Shown: positions 48,701-60,116 of the stretch, in pieces
Numbering within the stretch: the first letter of the stretch is position 1
Layout: every line of letters begins with the position of its first letter
Source of the DNA: Paraspadella gotoi
Taxonomy: Eukaryota > Animalia > Chaetognatha
Assembly (NCBI GenBank): GCA_051294375.1
Contig: CM119267.1
Location: forward strand, 26,179,293 to 26,243,292
Length of the DNA: 64,000 bases
Direction: 5' to 3'
Notes under the pieces: model-generated
Told to the model about the DNA's origin: nothing
Seen by the model: only the letters and a program-made list of their open reading frames with translations
Database searches by the model: none
Program-made: the position numbers and the translations under genes

Positions 48701-51700
48701 TGGAAAAGAGTTAAAATGGAAAAAACAAACAATCTATTTCACTATTTGATTATGCTTCTTTTATTTTTATAGAGCCTGCCGGCGAAGCCGGTTCAGGCTC
48801 GATATTGATTCAGGTCAGCTTCTTTGTGACGTCGTCGTCGTTGTCGTCGGCGTCAAGCTGTTTTATATAAAAACTACTACGCTTTTATAGGTTTTGCTGG
48901 GACTTACCGTTTTTTTTTAAATAAAAATTATTATGAATTACGATGAAGTTTTTTTAAAAGTGTGCGATCATAGTAAGTGAAAATTTAGATATGGCTTCTC
49001 ATCTTGAAATAGCTTTGATATTTTCCTATTACATTTGGATTTAAGTATTTTTTTGTTTGAATTTCCACTTTATTATTATTTACTGCAATATGCAAATGAG
49101 ATTATAGTACTCATTATAATATCCAAATTAGTATATAGAAATGTTTTAATTTAATTTACATATTGGCAGTATATAATATTGAAGATGAAATTCAAAATTT
49201 TTTTTTAAATCTATAATAAAAATGGAAAATCAAAGGACCATTTTAATGAGAGCTATATCTTAATTTAATACAAATAAAAATAAAATCTTTTACAAGCTAT
49301 GATTGGAAAAAAATTGTAAGCAATTTCCAATTGTAAACATTTGTAACATTTTTTTTCCTTTCTTTTATTTCTTTAAATTATATCGGTATTTTTCTTTCTA
49401 TTTTTGTCAGTTGCTGCCTCTTCTGAACCCTTTAAAAACGAGTTCAGGCTCTGCAGTGATTGTACAACTGCCTTCCAGCGGCTGTCCAGCTTTCTCTCTT
49501 TCTCTCTCTGTCTCTGTCTGTCTCTTTCTTTCTCTTTCTGTCTCTCTGTGTCTGTCTCTCTCTCTCTCTGTACGATCTCTTGCGTGATCGTTTTTTGAAA
49601 AATTTTGATTATTTTTTTCCTTTTAAAAACTTTTATTATCGCCATTTATACTGCGCTTTTTTCTCAATGCAAAATCCCAAATTTATATCCGAGATTTTCG
49701 TTGATTTATTCTCTTTCTTTCTCTCTCTCTTTCATTCATACACGCATTTGTTTGTTTTATTTATGATGAATGATTCATTGCGTCAATGAATGATTATCAT
49801 CACATCAATGAATGACTATCATCGCATCAATCATTTGGTTATTATCACATCAATCATTTGGTTATCATCGCATAAATTATTGGTTATCATCGCATCAATA
49901 TTTGATTATCATCGCATCAATCCTTTGGTTATCATCGCATCAATATTTGGTTATAATTGAAGGGAGGCGAGATCCTATTCTTTTAAGATTTTTATATTAA
50001 ATGTAAATTCAAGCTGCATTAATTAATTATTAATAAGTAGTTAATTAATTAATAATTATTTGAAATTAATTAATTTTGTGATCAAGATTGTTGTTCTGTG
50101 ATTGAGAGGCGAGACAAAGTGGAAAACGATTTTGACACGAATAAAAAAAATTAATATTAATTAATTGTTCAGCTGCTTACCGCTAATGATCGTGGGCAGA
50201 TCCGGCATGGTTTGCTCAAACTTGTTTGGTGTCACTCGCGAACGGACACGGGGTATAGACGAGTTCAGCTCTGTAGCGGCTGTCCAGTAGGGTGGAGTGA
50301 TGAAAAGATTGAGCGATTGAACATTTTTTTTTTGCTGTCTTTCGACATGTAATTAATGAATTTAAAATCCTTTAAAATTTTTTTAAAGCATAACAGTATA
50401 GTAAATTCAATTATTTATGTAGTAATATCCTTATAAAATCATAAAATTTCAAAAGAATTTTTATTTTATTTTAAAGAACATATTTGGATTTGCCATAAAA
50501 AACTAAGAAAATTTTAAAAAATATGATATATTATATTTTAATGTTAAAACCGCAAAAAACGATTAAAACGTTTTAACATATCATTTTTTCCCCATTTTAA
50601 ATGTTGAAGACGACAGAATTTTTAATAACGTTTTATATTTTTGATTTAACTTTTTATGAAGAATCTGAATCTTTATTAAAAGTTTTAAAAAAATGATTTT
50701 TAATATTTACTATTTTATAAGAATATTACTATAAATATATTGTATTTTACTATTCTGTTCTAAAAACGTGTTAAGCTCTGAGCCGGCTATCCAGCTTCTC
50801 TCTATTTTTTTATCTATCTCTCTCTCTCTCTCACTCATACACGTATTTGTTTGTTTTATTTACGATAAATAACTCATCGCATCAAAGAATTGCTATCATC
50901 GCATCAAAGAATTGCTATCATCACATCAATGAATTACTATCATCGCATCAATGAATTACTATCATCGCATCAATGAATGACTATCATCGCAGCAATGAAT
51001 GACTATCATCGTAGCAATGAATGACTATCATCGTAGCAATGAATGACTATCATCGTAGCAATGAATGACTATTCATCGCAGCAATGAATGACTATCATCG
51101 GCAGCAATGAATGACTATCATCGTAGCAATGAATGACTATCATCGTAGCAATGAATGACTATCATCGTAGCAATGAATGACTATCATCGCAGCAATGAAT
51201 GACTATCATCGCAGCAATGAATGACTATCATCGCAGCAATGAATGACTTTCATCGCAGCAATGAATGACTATCATCGCAGCAATCATTAGGTTATCATCG
51301 CATTAATATTTGGTTATCGTCGCATCAATAATCAATTACTATTGCATCAATCATTATTTTTTTTGTTTATTTTCTTTAATAGTAACGTCTGGGGAAATCA
51401 CTGTTCTATTAAGATTTTTTTTTCGTCTTATTATTTATTTTCTCTTTCTTTTCGTTCAGCTACATCTCGCTGGTTCCGACCTCCGCCCACACTGGCGACG
51501 GAATGGGTAACCTCGTTGCTCTAATCGTCCAACTCAGCGAATCCTTCCTGGCGCCGCGCCTGGCATTTAGCGAAGAACTGCAGGCGACCGTGATGGAGGT
51601 AAATGTCGTGCCTGCATTACAGGCCAATGAATCAACTCAATCACCATCTTTTTTTCCTTCGATGATTCAAGGTGAAAGAAATCGTCGGTCTCGGGACGAC

Positions 51701-53930
51701 AATTGACGTTCTCGTCGTCAACGGACGACTTCACGAGGGCGACACCGTCGTCGTCGGTGGCGTCGATGGCGCCATCATTACTCAGGTCCTTTAACTTTTT
51801 ATCGTCGCAATCGCTTTGCGTTTGCGACGATATTGCTGTGGTTTTGCTCATAAGTGGCGTCGTCGTTGTCGTCGGTGTTCCAAATTATAGATTGTGGCGG
51901 TATATTCACACCGCCTCACGTCCACCATCGTTCAGCCAAATCCATTGGCTCTGCATTGGCAAAGCGAGACCGTCCTAGGGTAACCGCGCCAGTGACTGGA
52001 GGCGTCACTGATGGAGACAATATCCATCGCCCACAACAATCACCCTCTAACATCACTGAGGGTCGGAAGCCCCCAAAGCCAACAGTGAGATGCCCCATCC
52101 CAATGGGCATCACAGGCAACCCAGCTGTTGCCATAAGATCGCCTTTTTTATGATTAAATTTGAGTGGATGAAGCTGAAAATTTATATACAGCTTCTCATC
52201 ATCGATGTCCTTAAATTTGAGTCAGGACAGTTATTAAATATGTTTTGTTTACGTTTTATCAAAACAGACAAATTTTCTCTTTTATTTTTATATTTTTTTC
52301 TCTTTCTCTTTTCTCTTTTAATTATATCTCTCTCCCTGTCTCTTTTCCCTAGTCACTGATTCATAGGGGAAAAAAACGAGTCTGCAGCTGGCTCTGCAGG
52401 GGCTTATTCTTTTTCTCTCTTTTCTCCTGCTACTTCTGCTGCTGCCTTTTGATTTTTTTTTCTTTATTATTTGCGACGCAAAATTATTTAATTCTTTTTC
52501 GATGTCTTTTCTCATTTTCATTTCAGATTAGGGGACTTTTGCGTCCCCCACCAATGAAAGAATTAAGAGTCAAGAGTCAATACGAAAACTGTAAAGAGAT
52601 CGTCGCCGCTCAGGGGCTAAAAATCGCCGCAAAGGGGCTCGAAAAGGCTCTCGCCGGCCTTCCTCTTTACGTCAGCCACGTAAGTCGAGACGGGAATTAT
52701 ACGATTAATAACTATGTAGATTTAACTGTCAATCTTCCTCACAGAATGTCGACGAACTTGACATCGTAAAGGAAGAAGTGGAGTCGCACCTCAAGTCCGT
52801 CCTCGGCTCCATTAAAGTTGAAGAACGCGGAGTCTTTGTTCAAGCTTCGACTTTGGGTTCATTAGAGGCCCTGCTAGAGTTTCTTCGAACCTCGAAGATT
52901 CCCTACGCGGGAATAAGCATCGGCCCCGTACACAAGCGAGACATCATGATGGCCTCGGCCATGTTGGAGCGAGATGCTCAATGGGCCGTAATCTTGGCCT
53001 TCGACGTCAAGGTGGAGCGGGAGGCGCAGGAGCTGGCCGACTCCTTGGGGGTTCGGATCTTCACTGCTGATATTATCTACCATCTCTTCGACAAATTTAC
53101 TAACTACAGGGAGGAGTTAAAGCAAAGGTGAGATATCGACATTGATTTGCCGCTCAAAATAATTGACCTTTTATTTCCTTTTCTATTCACTTTGCAGGAG
53201 AAAAAATGAATTTAAAAACGTCGCCGTTTTTCCCTGTAAATTAAGAATTCTTCCGCAGTTCATCTTCAACAGTCGAGATCCTATCGTCATGGGTAACAAT
53301 CGATGTCTTGTGTCCTAATATTTTCAGTTAGTTATTTTTAGGCTCGCTCTTTCTCTCTAGGAGTGTCAGTGGAGGCTGGCACAATGCGGCTAGGCACGCC
53401 CATCTGTGTTCCTTCGAAAGAATTCGTCTTCATCGGATGCGTTTCATCGATCGAAGTCAACAACAAACCTTTGGAAAAAGCTGACAAAGGACAAGAGGTG
53501 ATATTTTTTCTTAGGATTACGTCGAACATCGTAACCATGTTGCTTCATACTGATTGCTTTGCTTTTTGGCCGTGCACATCAAATCAATTTTCTGTCATGA
53601 ATTTTATACGAGTTTTTTGTCATGACGTAATTTTAATTTTTGTCACCCTTATTTAATAACTACTTACTTACTACTTACTTACTTACTTACTTAGTACTTA
53701 ACTTTGTCTTTATTTTCTGTTTTGTCCCACTCCAGGTTTGCGTAAAGATCGAGGCTATCCCGGGTGAACCGCCCAAGATGGTTGGACGCCACTTCGAAGC
53801 CGAGGACCAACTCGTGTCGCGAATTTCGAGAGAGTCGATCGACGCGGTCAAGAATTATTTTAGAGACGAGATGACGAAACCCGATTGGCAACTCATGATC
53901 GAACTCAAGAAACTCTTTGATATTTTGTGA
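33739..53930 (+). CDS. EIF5B: Eukaryotic translation initiation factor 5B
   Basis: 16 exons: 33739-34063, 34930-35295, 35453-35940, 36043-36511, 39608-39856, 42542-42682, 42767-42897, 43253-43402, 43479-43717, 51460-51598, 51672-51785, 52527-52679, 52745-53127, 53198-53292, 53361-53497, 53736-53930. Lys/Glu-rich N-terminus, [66 protein letters not shown]. Confidence 0.96.
34270..34700. repeat. AT-rich dispersed repeat, second copy ~38280-38675
   Basis: Shared ctttgtgtagacaactttttatgagctatctgaatctggtctta and flanks. Confidence 0.6.
36697..37418 (+). mobile_element. MITE family D, 7-bp TSD tctccct
   Basis: taggactaag...gactccta; near-identical to 61933-62649. Confidence 0.85.
39920..42439. 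mobile_element. TA-TSD TIR element with nested 40455-42347 (200-bp TIRs) and 40660-41534 (55-bp inverted ends)
   Basis: cgtgaccatttgaaacccgc / gcgggtttcaaatgatcacg; inner arms atttaaatccgattctttttaagatagaaatctcagga and inverse. Confidence 0.75.
44305..46795. mobile_element. Non-autonomous hAT element, 8-bp TSD atcttcaa
   Basis: tagacctccccag...ctggggaactcta; the host family F sequence resumes after the TSD. Confidence 0.8.
46855..47700 (-). mobile_element. Family A HINE-like copy inserted in a T-run without TSD
   Basis: agtcggatctgcttatcagcagatcccgact stem-loop at one end and gctcaaacttgtt at the other; the empty site is seen at 32953-32965. Confidence 0.7.
48500..48603. mobile_element. 100-bp hairpin derivative of the DIRS-type element
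   Basis: Both unique DIRS ends joined by a perfect 54-bp palindrome (48514-48567), inserted at cacc-aatt-actcgtg of a family A copy. Confidence 0.8.
50872..51285. repeat. 22-bp minisatellite atcatcg(c/t)agcaatgaatgact
   Basis: About 18 head-to-tail units; related array at 49785-49955. Confidence 0.85.
51893..52135 (+). mobile_element. Solo LTR-like element (TG...TA, TSD agat) inside an R1 copy
   Basis: agat at 51889-51892 and 52136-52139; R1 tatagatcgcc is split exactly here. Confidence 0.75.
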
Positions 53931-54521
53931 CGATTTGTTCTACGTCCACTTTAGAAGTTTTTATTGGTAACAGGTGGTCAGTCAGTCGTTGACGGCGGAT
54001 TTAATGAGATGCCTCGCGTCTCCTCTCATTCAACTTAAAAGGGGCAGCGACTTGGATTTTTTCCACTTTTTTTTTTTACTTCTCCTCCTCGCCCTCGACG
54101 CTGCCCTTCTATTTTCGATTACCCTTTTCCCACGCTTCCCAAATCTTAGAGTTTTTCCAGTCTTTATACTTTTCAAACTTGTCGGCGAATTTTTTATATC
54201 GTTTTATAAACCGCCCAATTATAAAATTTTGTAGTTTGATGTTAGTGCAAAGAACTTAAAGAAAACCAGAAATTGTATTAGTGGTATTCGTCGCTGCTCT
54301 TTTTTTTCTTTGACATTTTGGATGCGGTTTGCTAATGTTTTCCTTTAATTTTATAATTAATCATGAAACAGAAACCAAGAAAAACAGCGATCTTGGATTC
54401 GTTGAAAACGATAACAAAAAAGAACTATTCTACTAGGCGTTAATTGTTCAACCAACTAGTTTAATTTAATTGAAACGCTCATTTTCAGGTATATGATATA
54501 CATTTAATCCTGTAACTTAAA

Positions 54522-55813
54522 ATGACTTGGGACGCGAAAGATGGTGGCGTCGGGATCGACGACGGCATAAAAAAAGATCCGGGATCCAACCTGGGATCCA
54601 ATTTGGAAGCAACGATCGTGTCGATGTCCTCCATTTGCGATAACGCCATCTCCAAGTTGGAAATTAAGGAAGAGGAGACTACTTCCCCGATTTCACTTTC
54701 ATCCACCACCTCAAAAACTTATAAGCGACGGTGTCGTCCTGAGTCTTCTCGCGACCACGGGTCTCTACCCTCGACCGAAAATGTCGTAGAGTCAGAAATG
54801 GCCGGACTTGTCCATCCTCGCCCGGCCATGTCGAGAACGCTGTCCTCTGAGATTCGGACGTCCGTCTCTTTGTCTGACCGAAACTCGATACTCCCAAAAA
54901 ATGAAACTACTCCCATCAATCTGCCCGACAAAGTCCTTAGTCTGCCCGACAGGCTTCTCTCTCTTCCTGACCCCGTTGAAGACTCGGCCGTCGTCCTTGA
55001 CGACGACGACGACGACGAAATCTGTTCATCCACATTTACTATTGACTTGAAGACGCTGTTGAACGGCGTCGCCACGGATGAGCAGGCGGCGGCGATGATG
55101 ACCTTTGTTCCTAATTCCCACGAAAAAATGACGACGATGAAATCGATAACAAAAACGACGAAAGTTGAAAATAATCCAATGATTGTCCTCGACGATGACG
55201 ATGATGAACCGGAAATCGTTTTTATCGAAAATTCGACCCCTAAACGCAACATGGCGTCGCAACCAAGACGGACAAAAACGTTGTTGTCGCGAAGAGGGAA
55301 GTCGTCATTGACGGCGTCCTCAGAATTTCCACGAGTCGCTTCATTAATGAGCGGCGCTCGACGCATCGCCGCCCGGTGAGAAAGATGGATGCCTGACGCC
55401 CTTTAGGATACATTCGTTTCTCAGGCTAATATGTCTATTTTATTATTTCTCTCTTAACCTGGCTAAGCGATTATTTATTTATTTAATCATTAACATATAT
55501 GTGACTCCTGAGTCCTGACCGAGCTAAAAAATATGTCTGATTTTCGTTTTCAGTCCTCCACTATTATCAGAGTTCTCTCTTTCCGCGTCCTCTTCGGATC
55601 CGTCGACGACAGGGTTTTCATCACCGACTACAGTCTCCACCTATTCTTCGATTACTAGGTTAACTTCATCGAATACAGGATTAAACACTCCTTCATCTTC
55701 TTCGTCGTCGTTATCCACAGCTTCTTGGGGGCAGAAGAAACGAAAGAAACGTAGTAAACTCATTATCGATACCAACTTAAACATCGACGCGTTGGATTAC
55801 AAGCATCAGCTGA

Positions 55814-55858
<45 letters not shown>

Positions 55859-56126
55859 TGATTTCATGATTTCTCTTTTTTATTACAGCGATCCTTCGGA
55901 TCTTATTTCCCGCCCTCCTATGGCGCCATTCTCTAGAAGAGCCATGCATCTCTTGGAGTTTGGAGGCGTGGAGCGTCTCTTTTCTCTTCCATCATGGGTT
56001 GCCAATTCGAGTCCTGGAATCGCTAAGCCTTTTGCTCTCTTTATTGAAAACTTAGTCACCCATTCTATGGTCGATGAATCTGTGGAAGAGACCAGAAGAA
56101 TTATCGGGGGATTTGAATTGCCTTGA
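54522..56126 (+). CDS. 450-aa disordered protein with SIM-like motifs and a RAD21-type STAG/SA-binding segment; lacks both kleisin terminal domains
   Basis: join(54522..55375,55554..55814,55889..56126), phases compatible, in-frame stop just upstream of the ATG. KKRSKLIIDTNLNIDALDYKHQLSDPSDLISRPPMAPFSRRAMHLLEFGGVERLFSLP aligns by eye with RAD21 [58 protein letters not shown]. Confidence 0.8.
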
Positions 56127-56235
56127 GCATTATAAAAAGCCAACCGGTTTAAATCGTTTTCTAGAATTCTATGCCCCGCAGATTATACAAGGTTTTTTCA
56201 GCTCTTCTAGAAGTATCTTAGTAAAAATAATTAGA

Positions 56236-58736
56236 AATTCTATCATGTAGTTCTTCCCCACCAACAAGTGAGCATCTGCTCTGCAAACGCGACATCTCCC
56301 GAGAGAAAAACGAAGAGGAAACCTCCTCTTCCCCGCCCTCTCCTCCCCCTCCCGTACGCTACCTCAGTACGCCGTCACGAGACAGAATCACTTCTTCTGT
56401 TCGCGCCTTTGCGCTCAGTCTCCCAGCTTTTTTTCGAAAATATTTTTTGATTATTTTTGTTGAATAATTCTGCATATTTTTCGTTTCTATTTTTTTGGAG
56501 TTCAGAATACAGATATTCTTCAACACGTGGCTGTTTGAAGTTTTCTCTTCACGGCCGCCATCTTTTTCGTCTTCCTTGTGTGTGGCTTCGGAGAGGAGTC
56601 TTGACTCGGCCCTCTCGCTTACCCTCGACGTACCCTGCGCGGCTGCAGGGGGAAGAGCCTTGACTCGGCCCTCTTGTTTGCCCTGTGCGCACAGTACGGC
56701 TGCAGGGGGGAAGAACCTTGTTTTCGGCCCCCTTGTTTGTCCAGTACTCTCCGTTTTTTTTTGACTGAGGCGCGCGTTTTTCAACTCGACTACCCTCATG
56801 TCNNNNNNNNNNCCTCCACCGCCAGCCATTCCGGGCTGTTCTGATCAGGCCAAAGTCATGCCCTCTCAGATGAAGGCAGTTCTTCTCCAAATTAGCAACG
56901 CTCTCTTTAGCGTTCGTCGCGAATTTAAGGAGTTTCGCACGCTGCGTCTCGTCCGAGTTGGAGTCTTCGGCGGTGAGTTCTCTCTCTTTTCGTTTTTTTT
57001 TTTGCCTTTTTTTGGCGTACATCGGCGTACAGAGGGGTTTCCTCCTGTGCCCCACCTAACTCCGACTTGTTTGTTTGTTTTTTGTCGGGCCTTTGCCTGT
57101 CTGTGTACAGGCTCACTTGTTGGTGGGGAAGAACTACATGATAGAATTTATGGTTCCAAATGGAACCGGGATTCTTCATGGTTCTTCCCCACAGTCCACA
57201 TACTGTTGCGGACACACATCGTCCGTGTAGATCGGATGGATACACCGCCTGCCAGCACCCAGTCCACTCTGGCAACTGGTGGTGAGGGCGGCTCAGGCTC
57301 GCTTGTTCTTGTTTGGTGGGGTGTTTTTTTTTTCAATGATTTCTCTTTTTTCTCGATGTACGTTTCTTCATGGTTCTTTGTTCGCCATTCGCCGTTCTTC
57401 GTCGTCGTCTTCGTTTGTACGCCAGCGACTTGAGTCTTCGCGTTCTTTGGCGGCCTCTTCAGCGCGGCGGATCGGCCTTTCAGCGCTCCGAGAGGTGACT
57501 GTGTCACGCCTTCCCTCGTCGAGCCCCCATGTGCGCGAGTCGACGACGTGATGCCTCCGTTTCCGATCAGAGGAGGGTTCCTCCTCTGAAGAGTCGCTGA
57601 GGGTTTGACAACTTCCTGTCTCGTGTGCTTCTGTACAGCCTTCGGAGTGGGTCTACAGCAGTGGAGGACTTGCGCAGAGTTGGCCAGGACGACGTTCTTT
57701 TACTGTCGTGGGACGTGTTTTTCCGCCAATACGTTTCAGGCGCTGGTCGGATGTCTCTTCCGCCGGGCGGATTTTCGTCCTCCTCGCTGCTACAAGAGAG
57801 TTGCCTTGCCGCTCAGTTCGAACGCCGTTCGGAAGGACCTCCAAGACGACGCGCGCTTTCAAGGCTTTTTGAGCGCATCATGAGAGACGCCGGAGCATCC
57901 GCTCATGCTGTCCTTTTCTGTCGCTGAACGCTCTCCCGCACTCATGGTCGAGGCCCTTCACCTCAGAAGGGGCCCGGTGCAGGTGGGACGCAGGCCATTT
58001 TGACGATCTTGCCAAGCCCCTTGGAGACGCCTCGTCGTCGGTTGGCGGCGATTTTTTGGTTTGGCCTTCTCCGAGCCTCGGCGCTTAGTTGTCGACGCTG
58101 CCCCTTTGGATCTCAAGACAGTTCTTGTCCAGTTCTCGCCCCTCCCACGGCATCTTTTTTCGGAGACCACTCCACAGACGTCACTCAAGCGTTCCATTCT
58201 TCGCTTCTCCGCTCCGGGCACTACACAATTGCGCCTGTTCTGTTAGCCGCAAGCGTGGGCGTGGCAGTGGGTCCGCGTAGTCCCGGCTCGCCGTCCCTAC
58301 CGGCCTCTGGCAGTCTCGCGCCTCCCAAGCGTAGGGGCGGGGCTCCAGGGATGTCAAAGGACGCCGATTGATCGCGCCGACAGCTCTTTCGGCCGTTGCC
58401 GTCATTCCGGAGCCCCTCAGTTCGTTCCAGACCCCGGTTTTCGTCATGGACTGGTTTTTTGCGGTTTCTCATCCCCCCCTTTTACGACGTCCGGTCAAGT
58501 AGGCGTGGCGCTTCACCGGAAGTCTTCGCGGGATTCCCCCCTCTTGGTTTGCTTGGTTACGAGTGATTCTGTCTCGTGACGGCGTACTGAGGTAGCGTAC
58601 GGGAGGGGGAGGAGAGGGCGGGGAAGAGGTTTCCTCTTCGTTTTTCTCTCGGGAGATGTCGCGTTTGCAGAGCAGATGCTCACTTGTTGGTGGGGAAGAA
58701 CCATGAAGAATCCCGGTTCCATTTGGAACCATAATT
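56236..58736 (-). mobile_element. Non-autonomous DIRS1-type (tyrosine-recombinase class) retroelement
   Basis: Inverted terminal repeats ~56250-56392 and 58562-58701 with distinct outer extensions; internal complementary region 57111-57192 complementary to both ends; no TSD; no RT or YR motifs seen; N gap 56803-56812. Confidence 0.85.
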
Positions 58737-59159
58737 TTTTAAAAATAATTATATTAAGAATGCTTAAAATGATAATTGTGATAACAATTAAATGATAAGA
58801 TTTGGAGTAAATTTTAAAAAATAAATGAAAAAAAGGAAGTTTCTTACAGGATTTTAACAGCTCTTGATTTGCGATTAAAATGTTTCATTGTACGAGTACA
58901 TTTTAAGTTTTTATAGCCATTTTTAAACAAATTTTTCTTCTTTTTTTTTCAGGGACTCGCCCTTATGTTATAACTATTACATTTTTATACAGATTTTTAT
59001 ATAGACAAAGATTGTTCTATCAAGATATAATTTGGAAAACTTATAAGCGACCGCTTTTGATATCCGCGCCAGGCTGCTTTGATGGTGGCCATCGCGGCCC
59101 TGTATGCAGCCCGGTTGCCTTTAATCCTTCCTCTCTCGACCTACGCGGCGCCGTTTACG

Positions 59160-59809
59160 ATGTCATCCCATTCGTGCGATTGCCACGCCCCTTCGTCGCC
59201 TGCGGTGCAGACCCTCGACGAATTTGATTTCTCGCGCGGGATTTGGTCTGCGGCGATGGACGGTGAGGAGGACCGCGTTACCGAGCTGTTGCGTCGCTCG
59301 GGCAACAAAGACGCCGGGCGAAAGGATTCTGCCGGTCAGACTCTTTTTGATGGAAGAAAATGAGAAATACGATTCTCCCCACAGATATTTTTAGTTTTCG
59401 TCCTTTCTTCGTTCGTTCATAAGGCTACACCCCCCTCCACTACGCCAGCCGTCACAACCGTCTCGCCGTCATGAGAGTTCTCATCAACGCCGGCGCCCCC
59501 GTCGACGCCGCTACTTCTGCCGGCGCCTCCACGGCTCTCCACCGTGCCGCCGGCGCCGGTCATCGCCACGCGGCAGAGCTGTTGCTGCGGAGCGGTGCGG
59601 ATCCGCGGCGCCGAGACGCGGACGGACGGAACGCGCTTCACAAAGCGGCTGAGGGCGGACGGGAAGACGTCGTCGATCTCTTACTCAACAATGAAGCGGC
59701 GAAGGAGTTGAAGATCTCCAAGGACGAAAACGGGAGAACGCCCTTTGATTTAGTTCCGCCGGTTCGAAAGAGACTTAGACGGAAATTGTTAAGCGATTTA
59801 GCGGATTGA
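59160..59809 (+). CDS. ANKRD39: Ankyrin repeat domain-containing protein 39
   Basis: join(59160..59334,59424..59809); alternative in-frame ATG at 59082. QTLDEFDFSRGIWSAA and DSAGYTPLHYASRH are ANKRD39-type, followed by TALHRAA and NALHKAA ankyrin repeats. Confidence 0.88.
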
Positions 59810-59926
59810 AAGGGAAAAATGTTTCACAGTTTTTGATAAAATTTTTTTCTCGATTTTTCAGCTTTGAAACGAAACTTTAACTTACCGAGCAATTTTTTTG
59901 TCTTCGATTTCCATGCCTTCAATGCC

Positions 59927-60116
59927 ATGTCATCTGACGAGGAATCTTCGTTGTCACTGACAGCCGTGACTCGTCGCTATCACAACATTCGCCCTCCTTT
60001 TATTTGGGCTACGGGCCGCCATCATCTGTCGTCTGCTCAAATAACCGAGTCTCTCCGCGTCGTCTGCGCCTTAAAGACTTCTTGCCTTGATGAAGAGTGG
60101 CCATCTCTCCTAGCAG
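59927..60116 (+). CDS. Probable first coding exon of an unidentified gene continuing beyond the window
   Basis: gccATG start, open frame MSSDEESSLSLTAVTRRYHNIRPPFIW..., coding-like composition, CAG/gt donor, followed by repeat-filled intron-like DNA. Confidence 0.4.

Larger units (their letters stand above)
43741..49993 (+). mobile_element. HINE-like element with multiple nested insertions (eIF5B intron 9)
   Basis: 5' tttttatctcgcc plus hairpin agacggg..ccgtct; 3' ggcgagatcctattcttttaagattttt, the same end style as R1. Confidence 0.5.

Noticed and set aside
50872-51285. CRISPR-like regular repeat
   Set aside because: Head-to-tail 22-mers with no unique spacers and no cas genes, in a eukaryotic intron.
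53980-54316. Minus-strand basic, protamine-like frame (..RRAASRARRRSKKKKWKK..)
   Set aside because: No in-frame start or credible splice acceptor; the upstream ATG frame stops after 12 codons; likely antisense of pyrimidine-rich UTR DNA.
56359-58732. Many GC-rich ORFs as host genes or as RT/tyrosine recombinase
   Set aside because: All lie inside the DIRS-type element and none shows YxDD, RNase H or RHRY motifs.
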